Source of the DNA: Octopus vulgaris
Taxonomy: Eukaryota
Assembly: GCA_951406725.2 (NCBI GenBank)
Contig: OX597828.1
Span: 44,268,001 to 44,332,000 of the forward strand
Length of the DNA stretch: 64,000 bases
Direction: 5' to 3'
The translations under genes and the position numbers were made by a program. The number at the start of each line of letters is the position of its first letter. The stretch's first letter is position 1. This document shows, piece after piece, positions 17,614 through 31,721 of the stretch. The notes under the pieces are model-generated. The model did no database searches and was not told the origin of the DNA. It saw nothing but the letters and a program-made list of their open reading frames with translations.

Positions 17614-17786
17614 GCATATGTATACATAAGTATACAAATATTGTGTGTATATATGTGTGTGTGTGTGAAATACATTCTTTCGATAATTTTGCTTAGTTTT
17701 AATGAGAGAATCCTAGATTGTTACTCAGTGTGTAGTTGTCTCCCTTTGGAAGCAGAAAACTACATGCAAATACTTGTATTCCCCTT

Positions 17787-17801
17787 CCAATAGGGGGCGC
17801 T
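17787..17801 (+). promoter_or_regulatory. CTCF-like motif
   Basis: CCAATAGGGGGCGCT against the CCASYAGRKGGCRS consensus (one mismatch). Confidence 0.35.
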
Positions 17802-18123
17802 GTGAATTCAGTATGACGTTTAATACCTTTTTTGCCTCCAATACGAATACTTTCCAATGACCAAATATGGGGCAAACCCTTTTCACAGGTTAAAATATCT
17901 CAGAATCGTATGCGAATTTATAATAAGTTCACACACATTGGTATATACATATGTATGTGTGTGTGTGTCTATTCAGCTATTACGTAATTAGGTAGAATCA
18001 TCCGAAGAGTATTCTCTCTAGCGAGAAATAAATATCATTTAATGTGTACATTTTAAAAATAAGAGTTCCTAATGGTCTCATGCAATGGAGACACGTTAAT
18101 TCGGTAGGTTTATATACATACAT

Positions 18124-18170
<47 letters not shown>

Positions 18171-18184
18171 AATGTATGTATGTC

Positions 18185-18219
<35 letters not shown>

Positions 18220-18329
18220 GTATATATATACATACATATACATACACATCTATATATATGTATATATATGTATGTGTGTATATGTATATATATATATACA
18301 TAGATAGATATATATATATATTATGTATG

Positions 18330-18413
<84 letters not shown>

Positions 18414-19113
18414 GTGTGTGTTTGTGTGTGTTCGTATATGTATATATTACTGTATGACTCAATTATTTCTCGCAATTTCGTATTCTTCATACTGTTGAGA
18501 AAGAGAGGTGCAGGCCATCTATATATACGGAACGTGTTGACAAACAGGTCGAACTATTTTGAGTCAAATGTGCATCGCGATTTGATTGGTAAACGAAAAA
18601 TAACAACGGAAAAGAGGTCGCGCATTAATCTATTCCGTACTATTTACAGATTTACGTCAGAAGTTCATCACCTGACATGGAATACGCGTGCTGTATGTAT
18701 ATTTTGTTAAAACCCTGCCCAAACGAAATGGAGCACATTTAAGAAGAAAATTGTCTTTGAACTATTAAGAATTTTGAATAAAAATATGCAATTTAAAACC
18801 ACGGACTACATTACTGGGTACGAGAAATTAATTGAATATACGTACGCCCACCTCCGCCGCGCTTCAAAAGGAGTCGCTTTGTTCATAGGTTACAAATCAT
18901 TATCGAGCAAGGCATTCGTATGACTACGCAGCTAAGTACTTCAGTCTGCAACCACGTCGTCGCGGTTTCAGTTCCACTACGCGACACCTCAGACGTGTTA
19001 TTTACTGTAACCTTGATGCGATCTAAACCCTCAGAAAGACTATGGTAAATGAGAACTACGTTAGAATGTCGTTTTATGTATCAGAATGTATGCATACATA
19101 CACTCATATATAC

Positions 19114-19153
<40 letters not shown>

Positions 19154-19519
19154 ATTTATACATATATACAAGTGTGTATGTATGTGTGTGTGTTTGTGTG
19201 TAGCGATATGTTTGTGCACAAACGTGTTTGTGCACAATATATATACTACCTGAATATTTGTATACAGTCTATATTTATAAAAATGTGTTATAACATACAT
19301 ACATACATACATATATAGAGAGATAGATAGATATATGTACACATATATATACATATATATATATTAATTGTATATCATCTTAAAACATATACACTTACAC
19401 AAATATATATATATTTATATACAAATATATACATATATATACACATATATATACCCATATCATGTATATGTGTGTGCGTGTGTATAGTTAGGTATATATA
19501 CACACACTTACACACATCA

Positions 19520-19551
<32 letters not shown>

Positions 19552-19561
19552 GATAGATAGG

Positions 19562-19593
<32 letters not shown>

Positions 19594-19620
19594 AAGATCG
19601 ATAGATAGATAGATAGGTAG

Positions 19621-19673
<53 letters not shown>

Positions 19674-20493
19674 AAGATAGATAGATAGATATATAGATAG
19701 ATAGAATAATAGAGAGAGAGAGAGACAGAGAGAGAGACAGAGAGGTGCATATACAGTGAAAGATCGGTAAACCGGTCAATAGATGGACAGATACGCACAC
19801 ATATGCAAAGCACAACAGCCAAAACTCTCTCCTCCTCTACCTACCCCTTTCTACCTCCACCTCTCTCCCTCTCTCTCTCACTCTTACTCTTTATATCTAT
19901 ATGCGTGTATCTGTGTGTGACCATATCAATATATATTTGTACATTGTTTTCGATATGCATTCGTATATGTATATCTACTTTCGACATACTACCATATTCG
20001 TAAATATATTCTCATAGAATAACGCTGTTTATATATCTTCATTAATCAGCCAACCGTGATGCGTGTATAGCACGTAGTATCTGCCCTATGTCTGTATATA
20101 TAATTGGTAAATTTAGTTAACATAATATCGCAATAGAAAAGGGCATTCTTGAAAATTGAGTTCGTGATATGGAATCATATTGCCATTAATTCATCTTCCT
20201 CCATTTTGATTCCATCAGCTGAGCTACATCAAAATGAAGACTTAGCGTATGTCGTATTTTAACCAATTGAAATGTGTAGTTCACTCCCTTGTATTAGAGC
20301 TCTTCAAATTTCCTCTTCTGTTTCTCTTAAGTCATTTATTTCTTGCTCCTTACTCTCCTTTCTATTTCTCCATGTAATATCTATATGTGAATATTTATAG
20401 GTGTGAAAGATGTTTAGCGTTATATTTATCTTGCCGCTTGTGTGTGTGTGTGTGTATGTATGTGTGTATATATACATGCGTGTGAGTGTGTGT

Positions 20494-20541
<48 letters not shown>

Positions 20542-20904
20542 CGATAACTCAGCCACCTAGAAAGCAATATATTTGGTAGGAGATATCGTTGTCTCTGGAT
20601 GACACATTTCGTAATTCTCAGTATTTCTCACTTTCTCTCTCTTTCTCTCTTTCTTTTTCCTATCTCTTTCTCTTTCTTTCTCTCCTGCTCCCTTTTCCTC
20701 TAGTTTTCTCTGCCTATCTACATACATATATACATAATTACAAAATATCTTTATCTAAGTACACACACACTCACACACACACACGCACACACAAACACGC
20801 ACTTGGTCCATCCTCAACATAATAATAATAATGAGGATGATTATGATGAGGAGGATGATGATGATGATGATTCATGATAATAATGATAATAATAATAATT
20901 CTTT

Positions 20905-21085
20905 TATTTGTTTTAGTCATGTTGACTGCGGCCATGCTGGAACACCACCTTTAGTCGAACACATCGACCCCAGGATTTGACTTATTCTTTGTAAGCCTAG
21001 TACTTATTCTCTCGGTCTCTCAGCCGAACTGCTAAATTACGGGGACGTAAACACACCAACGTCGGCTGTCAAGCGATGGTGGATG
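20905..21085 (-). mobile_element. SINE family C, 3' half
   Basis: gactgcggccatgctgg.acaccacctttagtcga...ggggacgtaaacacacca. Confidence 0.8.
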
Positions 21086-21404
21086 GAGCATCATGGCCAT
21101 ATGCTGAGAGGAAATATTTGGGGTTTGAATAATTCAGCTCTGGACACACGAGTGTTTCGCTCACCATCTTAAAACAACCCTTATTCAGGGTCCTTTTAAA
21201 CGGGATGCGCTACGTGGCCCAACGAAAATTCTAACTTTGTCCCACCAGCAAGGCCATGTGCTGTTTAACTTGATATGAGCTTACCACCTCACACACATAT
21301 GGTTGCTATGCATGTGCCTGTTGTGCTCTCATCAGTCAGGATGTAAATATAGGGTTTCGTATATTTGTACCCCAGTGTCACTACGATGGCATGCACTGCT
21401 AAAA

Positions 21405-21845
21405 ATAAAAGATACAATCTCTCAAAATTTCCAATTGCAAGAATTTGGAATATGGAAATTGTTAAGGTTGTGTCTATAATAATTGGTGCATTGGGACAGT
21501 AGCAAAAATAAAATAAAATAAATGCGCCCTTTTAAAGCCTAGCCAGGCTCATGGGCCAGGTTTCCCGGTTTCTATGGCGTATGTTTTCCCCAGCTGGATG
21601 GGACGCAAGTCCATCGCAGCGTTACTCATTTTTGCCAGCTGGGTGGACTGGAGCAACGTGAAATGAAGTGTTTTGCTCAAGAGCACAACGCGTCACCCGG
21701 TCCAGGAATCGAAACCACAATCTTACGATCATGATGCTGACATCCTAACCACTAAGCCACGCGCCCCCACACAGTAAGTGAAGATATAGATAAATGGTTG
21801 AAGGAGATTGGAATAGAATGTCCTGTAAAGCTTCTACAGGAAGAT
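21405..21845 (+). pseudogene. C-terminal fragment of an RLE-type non-LTR retrotransposon ORF (R4/Dong-like), split by a SINE
   Basis: IARIWNMEIVKVVSIIIGALG | TVSEDIDKWLKEIGIECPVKLLQE rejoins in frame after removing 21502-21776. Confidence 0.7.
21502..21770 (-). mobile_element. Full-length tRNA-derived SINE family V with 6-bp target-site duplication
   Basis: A box gtggcttagtgg, B box ggtttcgattcc, (ATTTT)n tail; ACAGTA at 21496-21501 and 21771-21776; sister copy at 56533. Confidence 0.9.
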
Positions 21846-22427
21846 CAACAGGGCATTCTATTTCTGCGTGGACATTAATTTGTACTAATACTAAAGTGGA
21901 ATTTCGAAATAAGTGTATCACTATAAATTTGAGGGTAGACCATTGAATAGTGAGGGGAGGGCAGTGCCGTCCAGTGCATCTCTTTGGCGATGGGCATGCT
22001 TCAATGTGACAAGAGAGTGTGAGGGATTCATGTATAGACTAGGGATCCGCGTCTACATTAAAATTGAAATTGTGTTCCGCACTGCCATCAAAGAAGCCCT
22101 CTTTCGTCTCACCGGCGTGTCTTTCATGTGCCCCTACCCCCATTATCGGAGCCCCTTTCTTGGTGGCAAAACTCTTCACCTACCTATAAATCTTCCTGTA
22201 GCATGTTTAAATGACGTGTCACTTCTACATTGGCGGTACGAAGAAAATTTGAAAATCCTAAATGAGTGGCAAGTTTTCTCTTTGAGCTGTTTACTCACTT
22301 TCGCCAGCATCCTTAGGTTCATTTTTTCGATTTGTTCTTTTATTTTATTTTATTTTATTTTTTCGAATCGCTTCCGAGAGTTTTGCCATCGCGACTGCCG
22401 CTGCCGCTACCCCCGCTGCAGCCGTTG

Positions 22428-22481
22428 TCATCGTCATCATCATCGTCATCATCATCATCATCATCATCATCAACGTCGTCG

Positions 22482-22543
<62 letters not shown>

Positions 22544-22763
22544 GTCGTCGTCGTCGTCGTCATCATCATCATCATTATCAACATCATCATTAAAGTCATC
22601 ACCATAACCACCACCACCGATAACATCATCATCATTATTATCGTCATCATCATCATCACGGCAACCATTATCACCACCCATCGACATCGTCATTATCATC
22701 ACCACCAACATCATCATTATTATCGTCATCGTCATCGTCATCGACGTCATCATCATCATCAAT

Positions 22764-22807
<44 letters not shown>

Positions 22808-22857
22808 TATCATCATCAATATCACCATCATCATCATCATCATCGTCATCGTCATCG

Positions 22858-22898
<41 letters not shown>

Positions 22899-22921
22899 TT
22901 CATCATCATCTTCATCATCAT

Positions 22922-22952
<31 letters not shown>

Positions 22953-22960
22953 GTCATCAT
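22428..22960. repeat. (CAT)n/(CGT)n microsatellite tract
   Basis: Direct reading. Confidence 0.95.
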
Positions 22961-23534
22961 AGCAGTAGCCTTAGCAGTTAAAATTATCAACATCACTAAC
23001 ATTAGTATGCAACACTAGTCCCATGAATAACAACAACTTGTACAATAAAAACAACAACAACTTCAACGAAAATACCAACGAGGACGACAGTGAAGACAGA
23101 TCTACCAACATCACCACCACCACCACCACCACCATTAATAATAACAAAAACAACAACATCAACAAGAACAGAAATAATAACAACATCAACAAACGGAATC
23201 AAGAAACAAAAAACTAGAAGAAAAATGGTGTTTGTGGTGAATGAATTGATGGAAGTTTATGGCAGACTTAAGGAATATGGATTAAAAGATTTCTTCAGAA
23301 TCCTTGTCATTACAGCTTTAAAACAACGTCAGTGTGGAGAGGAGGCGATTACATGGTACCGTAGAGAATATTATGGTAAAGACTTCTCTTGGAGAGCTGT
23401 CAGCAAAGATCACATTTGAATGGTTAACCTGTGAATAAAAATTCCGACAATGTTACAAATGAAATGAAATCGATGCGGGAAGAGAGAGAGAGAGAGAGAT
23501 GAGACGCGTGCGGAAGGGAGGGAGGAGATGAAAG

Positions 23535-23560
23535 AAAGAAGAGAGAGAGAGAGGAGATGA

Positions 23561-23599
<39 letters not shown>

Positions 23600-23750
23600 G
23601 AAGGAAGAAAGGAAGGAAGAAAAAGAAAGGAAAGAAAGTCGGAAGGTGGGGATAAGGGGAGGGGGACGGTTGGAATGAGGGGAAGAAAGGAAGGGGAGAA
23701 TGTGTGAGTGGCAGTGAGAGTTGGGTATAGATGAGAGAAAGAAGAGAGAG

Positions 23751-23788
<38 letters not shown>

Positions 23789-23955
23789 GAAGGAAGGAAG
23801 AAAGGAAGGAAGAAAAAAGAAAGGAAAGAAAGTCGGAAGGTGGGGATAAGGGGAGGGGGTACGGTTGGAATGAGGGGAAGAAAGGAAGGGGAGAATGTGT
23901 GAGTGGCAGTGAGAGTTGGGTATAGATGAGAGAAAGAAGAGAGAGAGAGGGGGAG

Positions 23956-23989
<34 letters not shown>

Positions 23990-24140
23990 GAAGGAAGGAA
24001 GAAAGGAAGGAAGAAAAAAGAGAGGAAAGAAAGTCGGAAGGTGGGGATAAGGGGAGGGGGTACGGTTGGAATGAGGGGAAGAAAGGAAGGGGAGAATGTG
24101 TGAGTGGTAGTGAGAGTTGGGTATAGGTGAGAGAAAGAGG
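23535..24140. repeat. Purine-rich minisatellite, 3 copies of ~195-201 bp
   Basis: gaaagtcggaaggtggggataagggg...gagagttgggtatag three times, with variable (GAAA)n. Confidence 0.92.
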
Positions 24141-25069
24141 GGAAATAAGAGAAAGGAAGAGTAGAGGAGGTAGGTGTGCATCGGACGTGTGTTTGTGCGT
24201 GTGTGCGTGTGTGTGTGTGCGTGTATGTGTGTGTGTGTACGTGTGTATGTGTTCGTGTGTGCATGCGGTGGATGAATTAGAAATGAGAGCTGTCACGACA
24301 ACCACCACCGCCACAACTGCCTATACCACCGCCTATACCGCACCCATGCTATATTTACACCACACCGGAGTCACTATCTCTCTCCTACATAGACATCCGC
24401 CCTAACTACTTTTATTGTTATTAGCTAAACGATTTTTTAAATGATGACGACGGCGAAGGCGGGATCACCGGTACCGACGCCACCATCACCACCACCGCCA
24501 CCACCGACATTACCACCACTATCATCACCACTATCATCACCACTACCACCACCATCATCATCTCTCATTCCCACCATCACCACCATTACCATCTCCATTA
24601 TCATGACCAACACCATCACCAACACCATCAGCACCAACACCATCACCACCACCAACATCACCATCACGACTACGATATCCCCCATTCCTACCATCAACAC
24701 CATCACCACCACCTTCACCACCACCGTCACCACCACCATAACCATCACCATCACCACAACCATATCCCCCATTCCTACCATCAACACCATTACCATCTCT
24801 ATTATCACAACGACCACCATTACTACCACCAACACCATCATCATCACCACCACCACCATCATCATCACCATCACCACAGCCATCATCACTGCCACTACCT
24901 ACACCACCACCACCAACAACAACAACACAACCACCCATCAGCACATAACCAATGCCAACACAATCATCACCACTACCCACATAACCAACACCACCACAAC
25001 CAACTCCACTACCACCGACGGTAGCCTTTTCAAAGAAGCCAACATTACTGTAAGCAATTACACCAATAG

Positions 25070-25560
25070 TTATTTCTTTATTGCCCACATACATAGAGGG
25101 GGCAAACAAGGACAGACAAACAGATTAAGTCGATTACATCGACCCCAGGGCGTAACTGGTACTTAATTTATCGACCCCGAAAGGATGAAAGGCAAAGTCG
25201 ATCTCGGCGGAATTTGAACTTCGAACGTAACGGCAGCCAAAATACCTATTTCTTTACTACCCACAAGGGGCTAAACACAGAGAGGACAAACTAGGACAGA
25301 CACACGGATTAAGTCGATTATATCGACACCAGTGCGTAACTGGTACTTATTTAATCGACCCCGAAAGTATGGAGGGCAAAGTCAACCTCGGCGGAATTCG
25401 AACTCAGAACGTAGCGGCAGATGAAATACCTATTTCTTTACTACCCTCAAGGGTAGTAAAGATGGTCAAATTGATGACATTAGTCCTGGTGCTCAAAGGC
25501 TTCTTATCTCATCGATGCCGAAAATACGAAAGGTAAAGTCAACAGAAGTTGACTCCACGT
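25070..25560 (-). mobile_element. Tandem/nested SINE family M copies
   Basis: Two ~185-bp units joined at aaatacc|tatttctttactaccc, a third tail start, and a decayed copy. Confidence 0.85.
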
Positions 25561-25679
25561 AAAGATCCCAAACAATGTTGTTAATCATTTAGCTCTATGC
25601 AGTAATGTTATGACGTGGGCAAACACGTTTGGTGGAAAGTGGTATAACACAAATAAATAGTTGGTTCTGGTTATCTAGA

Positions 25680-26280
25680 AGAACAACAAGCCTCCTGTGA
25701 GCGACGAAAAATGGAACGGCTACTGGGAGGTGGCTGCAGATTTACCAGGGTGCCAGCGACTCTTTCCCATCCCAGTTACAAAAATCCGGATATTTTAATG
25801 TGGTGTGAAAGAAAGAAAGTTGTGAACCTGGTCGGGTTCACGGTTCCTCATGAAGATAACATGGACGCCGCTCGGTCTCGAAAGATTGACCGTTTTGTAA
25901 ACCTCCTCGAGGAATATGAAGACGCAGGCTGGAAAGCGGAGCATTTTTCAATCGAAGTCGGATGTAGAGAGATTTTTGGACGCAGTGAGACCACTGTTGT
26001 TATCGTTAAATCGTAAAATGAATACCACCATGACCGATATCCAAAGTAAAGTGGCGAAGGCTAGCCACTGGATTTGGTTAAAAAGAGACGATGAGCGATG
26101 GCTGGGGGAATATTGAGCTTTATTTGATAACCAGTTGATCTAGCAAGTGGGGCTCTCATTTCAGTGGGGGTTGGGGTCGGCGATGCACATTGATGCAGTC
26201 GAGAGGTAGGCCCCGAAACGGCATGGATTCTCTCCTGGTGACCTCATACATTTGCTGGCTTCCGGTGTGAGGAGCTCTCG
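25680..26280 (+). mobile_element. 3' end of an RLE-type non-LTR retrotransposon (HERO/NeSL-like) with 3' UTR
   Basis: PDILMW...KVVNLVGFTVPHEDN...RK...GWKAEHFSIEVGCR (PD-(D/E)xK RLE region), then frameshifted KASHWIWLKR, stop at 26116. Confidence 0.8.
26173..26241 (+). ncRNA. Rearranged (non-circularly permuted) hammerhead-like motif, core A6>G
   Basis: GGGGTC(26173-78)/GGCCCC(26209-14); ATGCAGT(26193-99)/ACGGCAT(26218-24); GAGAGG(26201-06)/TCTCTC(26229-34); GTC triplet, GAAA and CTGGTGA each sit next to the correct helix. Confidence 0.6.
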
Positions 26281-27332
26281 ACTTTTAGTACTCGCATGTG
26301 CAAGTTGTTTGCAAAACATCAAAATAATCTATTGCAGAAATATTTGTTAACACAGAATGCACTCCATACTACTCGAACATAGGTATGATACACAGTATTC
26401 ACCGTTCAACTCTCGACTATTAAACCAACACAAGACGAACTGACACGGTAAACCGACACGGTCGAACTAACATCATTAGCTACGTTCCTGATAGTTTATT
26501 CAGTTCTTGTTTATTGTAATCGGTTAGTCCACCTTGATCAAGTAGGAGTGTTCAGGATTCTCTCATAACAAGTAACCGTTCTGATAGCTCGTAGCCTTAT
26601 ATTTCCTTCAAATTTCAAAACAAGCCGGCTGTTTGGAAGTGGTAGGAATTTGTCGATTATACCATTCTAGGTATTTGGCTGGAACTATATTTTATCGACG
26701 CTGGGTGAATAAAATGAAAAGTGGTCTTCGATGAGATTAGATCACGGAATGTAAAGAACTAGAACAAATTGTGAAAGCCATTTTTTAACGCTTTAATGGA
26801 TTCTAATAGTTACAAAAACTGCAGGAAAGACAGGGAGATTTAGTTTACGATAATGTCAACAAACAGACAATCACCATCTGACCAACTTCAAGGACAATAT
26901 ATTATCAACAACGGCTAACATACCACTCCATCACACTTCCAACTCTTCCCACAGCCCATCTATCTCAATTACAATACACTGTTTAATCGCAACTCCTGGG
27001 ATCAAATTGCAGTGAAAAAACCAAGTGTAAATATAAATCTCAAACAGAAACAAGCCACAAAAAATAATAAAGAAATCATCCAAATATTTGCTTTTCTGTT
27101 CTTTTCTTTTTTTTCTTCTCTTTTTTTTGTTGTTGTTGTTGTTGTTGTTACAGTGAAAGCTGCGGTGGCGGAAGTGAAATATAATGGCGGTGTTGTGAGG
27201 AAGAAATGAAATGACACGAAGTAGCCCGGATGTAGAGAGAATGTTTTAATAATATAAATACATAACCTCAAAGAACTCATTGTATTCTATTATATTTTCT
27301 TCATATTAATTCTGTCATATACATATATATAT

Positions 27333-27406
<74 letters not shown>

Positions 27407-27928
27407 CATATATATATGTGCATATATATATTTATGTATATATACACATGTGTGTATGTATGTGTGTTTTTGTGTTTCTTTATTGTTTATTCTTTGTTCG
27501 TGTATTGTTATTTGCATATTGATTTGAATGGAATATAAATGAATATGAAATAAATAGCCGCTATCAAATATCTTTATATTAGCATTATCTAATGCTCTGA
27601 CGACAGATGGCACTTTGTGATAAACTGTATTATATACAATAAATTCACTTTCTATTTTGTTTTCTATCATTTTTGCATTCAGTTTTTGGTAAATGCTTCG
27701 TTACTTGTATTTCATTCATAATTTTATATTTTTGTCTATTTTGATTTTTGTTTTTGTTTCAATTTCATTTTGTCATTTTTAGGTCAAGTTTGACAGTTGA
27801 CACCTTTCACTCGCAATGTCATCATTGTATTTCTTAAAGAAGAAAATTTTGTAAATATATATACGTATGGATGTGTAGGAGAGAGAATATATTTATACAT
27901 ACACATATATATATAGGAGAGAGAGAGA

Positions 27929-27970
<42 letters not shown>

Positions 27971-28164
27971 GAATATACATAAACGTGTGTATACATAAAG
28001 TCAATTATATATATATATTATGTTGACATAAAATTTGTAAAATTCTAGGGAATGTAAAATAACTTTCTTTTTATGAAATTTTAGAACTCCAAGTACAAAA
28101 TGCTATTAATAATAGCGCATAAATATTGTATCAAAAATAATACACTTTACAGAGAACAAGTCAA

Positions 28165-28240
28165 AGGTTGCCCAAGGGACTGAAGCCCAATTTTGCCTGC
28201 AATAACGAGAGGCGCTCAACCACTGGGCCTAAGCAAACTT
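28165..28240 (-). mobile_element. tRNA-like SINE head, decayed
   Basis: Reverse complement has taggcccagtggttgagcgc (A-box-like) and gggcttcagtccc (B-box-like). Confidence 0.4.
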
Positions 28241-28429
28241 CCATATTCCTATGTCAATTTTAGAAGCTATCTTCTTGTCAGTGAGAATTGTATGTTGTTG
28301 ACGTCACAAGAATTGGTTGTTGGTCAAAAGATCCTGAATTAATTCTTTTCTGGAAACGGTGGATCTCGAAGCAGATAAAGCTATAGATAATAGCATGTAT
28401 GTATATGTATGTATATATATATATATTAC

Positions 28430-28652
28430 TCTTTTAATTGTTTCAGTCATTTACAGTCAAGCTGGAGCACTGCCCTGAGAGCTTTTAGTCGAAATTTCGA
28501 CTCCACGATATTTTCTAAAGCCTAGTACTCTTACTATCGATCGCTTTTGCTGAACCGCTAGCTTACGGGGACGTAAACACACTAACCCCAGTTGTCAAGC
28601 AGTGATGCGGGGAGACAAATATAGATACAAAGACATATATATACACACAGCT

Positions 28653-28696
<44 letters not shown>

Positions 28697-28845
28697 GACA
28701 AGCTTCTTTCAGTTTCCAACTTCATTCACTAGGTTTTGGTCGGCTCGTGAGTATAGTATAAGAAAGTTGCTCAAGGTGCAATGCAGTGAGACTGAACCTA
28801 GAACCATGTGGTTGGGAAGCAAGCTTGATACCACACAGCCCCGCA
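28430..28845 (-). mobile_element. SINE family C, diverged full-length copy
   Basis: Colinear with 49905-50301, including the internal (TA)/(CA) tract. Confidence 0.8.
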
Positions 28846-29006
28846 TGCACACACAAATACACACAGACGCACACACGCACACAGGCACACACACAAACAC
28901 GCACGCATACGCATAGACACACACACACACACATATATACACACACACACACACATATGATATGTATATGATCAATCCCTAAGAAAGACGTCAGTGCTGG
29001 TACCAA

Positions 29007-29360
29007 CAGTGCCGGATTAAGACCCATCGAGGCCCTAACGACTTACAAGATTTTGGTGCCCTCAACCCCATTTATAAGTAAGTTAAAATATAATCATTAA
29101 TAAACTATGTAACCAATTTTTATTTTTCAAAAGGAAACAAAACTAACAATAAGAGGCAAAATAATGTTTATTTTTGTATACTCCTACTTTATTTATATTT
29201 GAAAAGTTTTCTAATTTTTTTGATTAGAAAGTTCCAAACTATGTATCCATGAACCCTACGAAATTAAATTTCCGATTGTATAATATTATCTTAGCAAGTT
29301 TAAAGTGATTTCTTTCATGCCGTAATTTTTGTGGTGGCCTTTTCTCTTCATGCTCCAAGC
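29007..29360. mobile_element. Possible hAT-type non-autonomous DNA transposon remnant
   Basis: Starts cagtgccggattaagaccc...ggccct, resembling hAT termini; matching right TIR not found. Confidence 0.3.
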
Positions 29361-30658
29361 ATATGCTAAATGTGAATGTGAGAAAACTTCAATAATCAAA
29401 AATTTTACAACGTTGACACCTTATTAAAGTAAAGAGGTTTAGATTGTCTGAACACAACAGTAGAGCTCTTGATAGTCGTTGTCAGCCCCGCAGTTATCCT
29501 ACTTTCTTCTCAGCACTTAAAATATTTAGACATTCGAAAAAGGAACATGTTGATGGGCTATGCAATTTCTACAAATTAAACAAACATATGCTACGGTAAA
29601 TACCTCAGACACTCCGGCGACAAGTATTTGAGCAACAACGAGAAATAAATGTACATTTAATAGCATACAAAACACATTTTTAGTCTGTTGAAATTATCTC
29701 CCTTTCCAGTGAATATAGACCAAAAACTGACTTAAAACATGTGTATACTAAACGCCATGCGTTTAGGTATGTAGTGTCACAATTAAAAGAACATTTTAGT
29801 GATTGAAACAAGTAAAAGATAAAACACACACACACACATATATACGCTCATACAAACACATATACGCACATACTCACATACATACAAATATATACACACA
29901 TATATATGTGTGTATCTGTGCGTACGAGACAGTATTACAACAACGCCGCTATGTCAAGACCAGAACAAAAACAGCACTACTACAACGAGAACGACACCAG
30001 TACAACAATACTCATCACCACCTGCACTACAACAGACAATGACAATACTACTATATCAAAACTACCACAACACCATTGGAACATCACAACAACAACGAAA
30101 GCAATACAACAGTAGAACCACATTTCCATTATATTACTAGCACAGCAACACCAATATATCAACACTACAACAGCAAAACACCGCAACAACCAAAATGCAT
30201 AATTTTATCAACGCGCCAACAGAACCAAGACCACTATTTAAACAGTACAACAACTACAAAAAACACTACAGAGGCACCTTTTTTTAATCAACATTACAAT
30301 TTTATCACGAAGAGCACTTCAATATAATCACAACAACGTTATATCAACAGGGCAACAGCCACACTACAATGTAACCAGATTCTATGAATCAATCAACCTT
30401 GAATCGAACACAAAAGATGTTTCAATGGCGTCAATATGTTGCATAACAACTGAAGGGTTAATGTCTTATAACTTGTTTTAATAAAATGTGCAATCATGAA
30501 AAGGAACGGGATAAACATTGATATATCCAGCAAGAATGTTATATACTTAAGTGGCGTACAATGTATACTGATTTCGTATATATATTCAGAGAGAGAGAGA
30601 GAGAGAGAGAGCAGTAGAGAGAGAGACAGAGAGAAAGAGGGAGACATAGATATCTATT

Positions 30659-30779
<121 letters not shown>

Positions 30780-31205
30780 ATAAATATATATATATATACA
30801 TACATACATACTTGCAAGCATTTTATATATAGGCGTAGAAGTTTACTTCTATAACTATATAAGTACGTGTGTGTGTGTATGCATGCATATATACATACAT
30901 TCACGTACGCACATAGAGAAATAGAAAAGCACAGACACACACATACGCACACACGTTTCGCATGCACATATGGCGTTCATAATTAAAAATAAGACATCAA
31001 TTTTTATTGTTGCTAGGCACCAAAGAACAAATTAGTAACGAATGTATATATAGGAAGTATACACATCAATATATTTATATATGTGTGTATGTGCATAAGT
31101 GCCTTCTCCTCTCACGCACCCTATAAGTGCATGTATGCATACAAACATACACACATATTTATACATCCATATATCTAGGTGTGTGTGTATACACGCACAC
31201 ACACT

Positions 31206-31250
<45 letters not shown>

Positions 31251-31383
31251 GTATATGTCTATATACGCACACATACACACAGGCATACACATATATGAAG
31301 TGAAACATCTGTTTCTGTAATAAAAACGTTAGTAAAATCATTTCAGACAATGTAAGCCTCTCCTTAGTCCCTAAGATATTCCG

Positions 31384-31451
<68 letters not shown>

Positions 31452-31591
31452 ACTCACACTCTCTTCCCCATCTCTCCCACTCCCTCTAATCGTGTCATAT
31501 ATTTGTCATTCTGCGAATCGCCTTCACGTGCACACATGCATACGCACGCTGGAGCACAAAATCATAAAACCTACTCAAATAAACTCACCGA

Positions 31592-31657
<66 letters not shown>

Positions 31658-31721
31658 AATATACCTACATATATGCATATATATGTACACAGGTGTAAAC
31701 TTTAATATATATATATATATA

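Noticed and set aside
21280-21375. Minus-strand GGGTA...GAAACCC...CTGATGA inside an unclassified interspersed repeat (21090-21400)
   Set aside because: The stem I partner is not adjacent to CTGATGA and no stem II closes onto GAAA
21913-22593. 226-aa ORF with a non-repetitive N-terminal half
   Set aside because: GTG start, no recognisable domain, runs into (CAT)n; cannot be supported as coding
25664-25684. tggttatctag, resembling part of miR-9
   Set aside because: Only 11 nt match, seed differs, no precursor hairpin, lies at the edge of a LINE fragment
27590-27635. CTGACGA in an AT-rich insert
   Set aside because: No GAAA at a stem II closure
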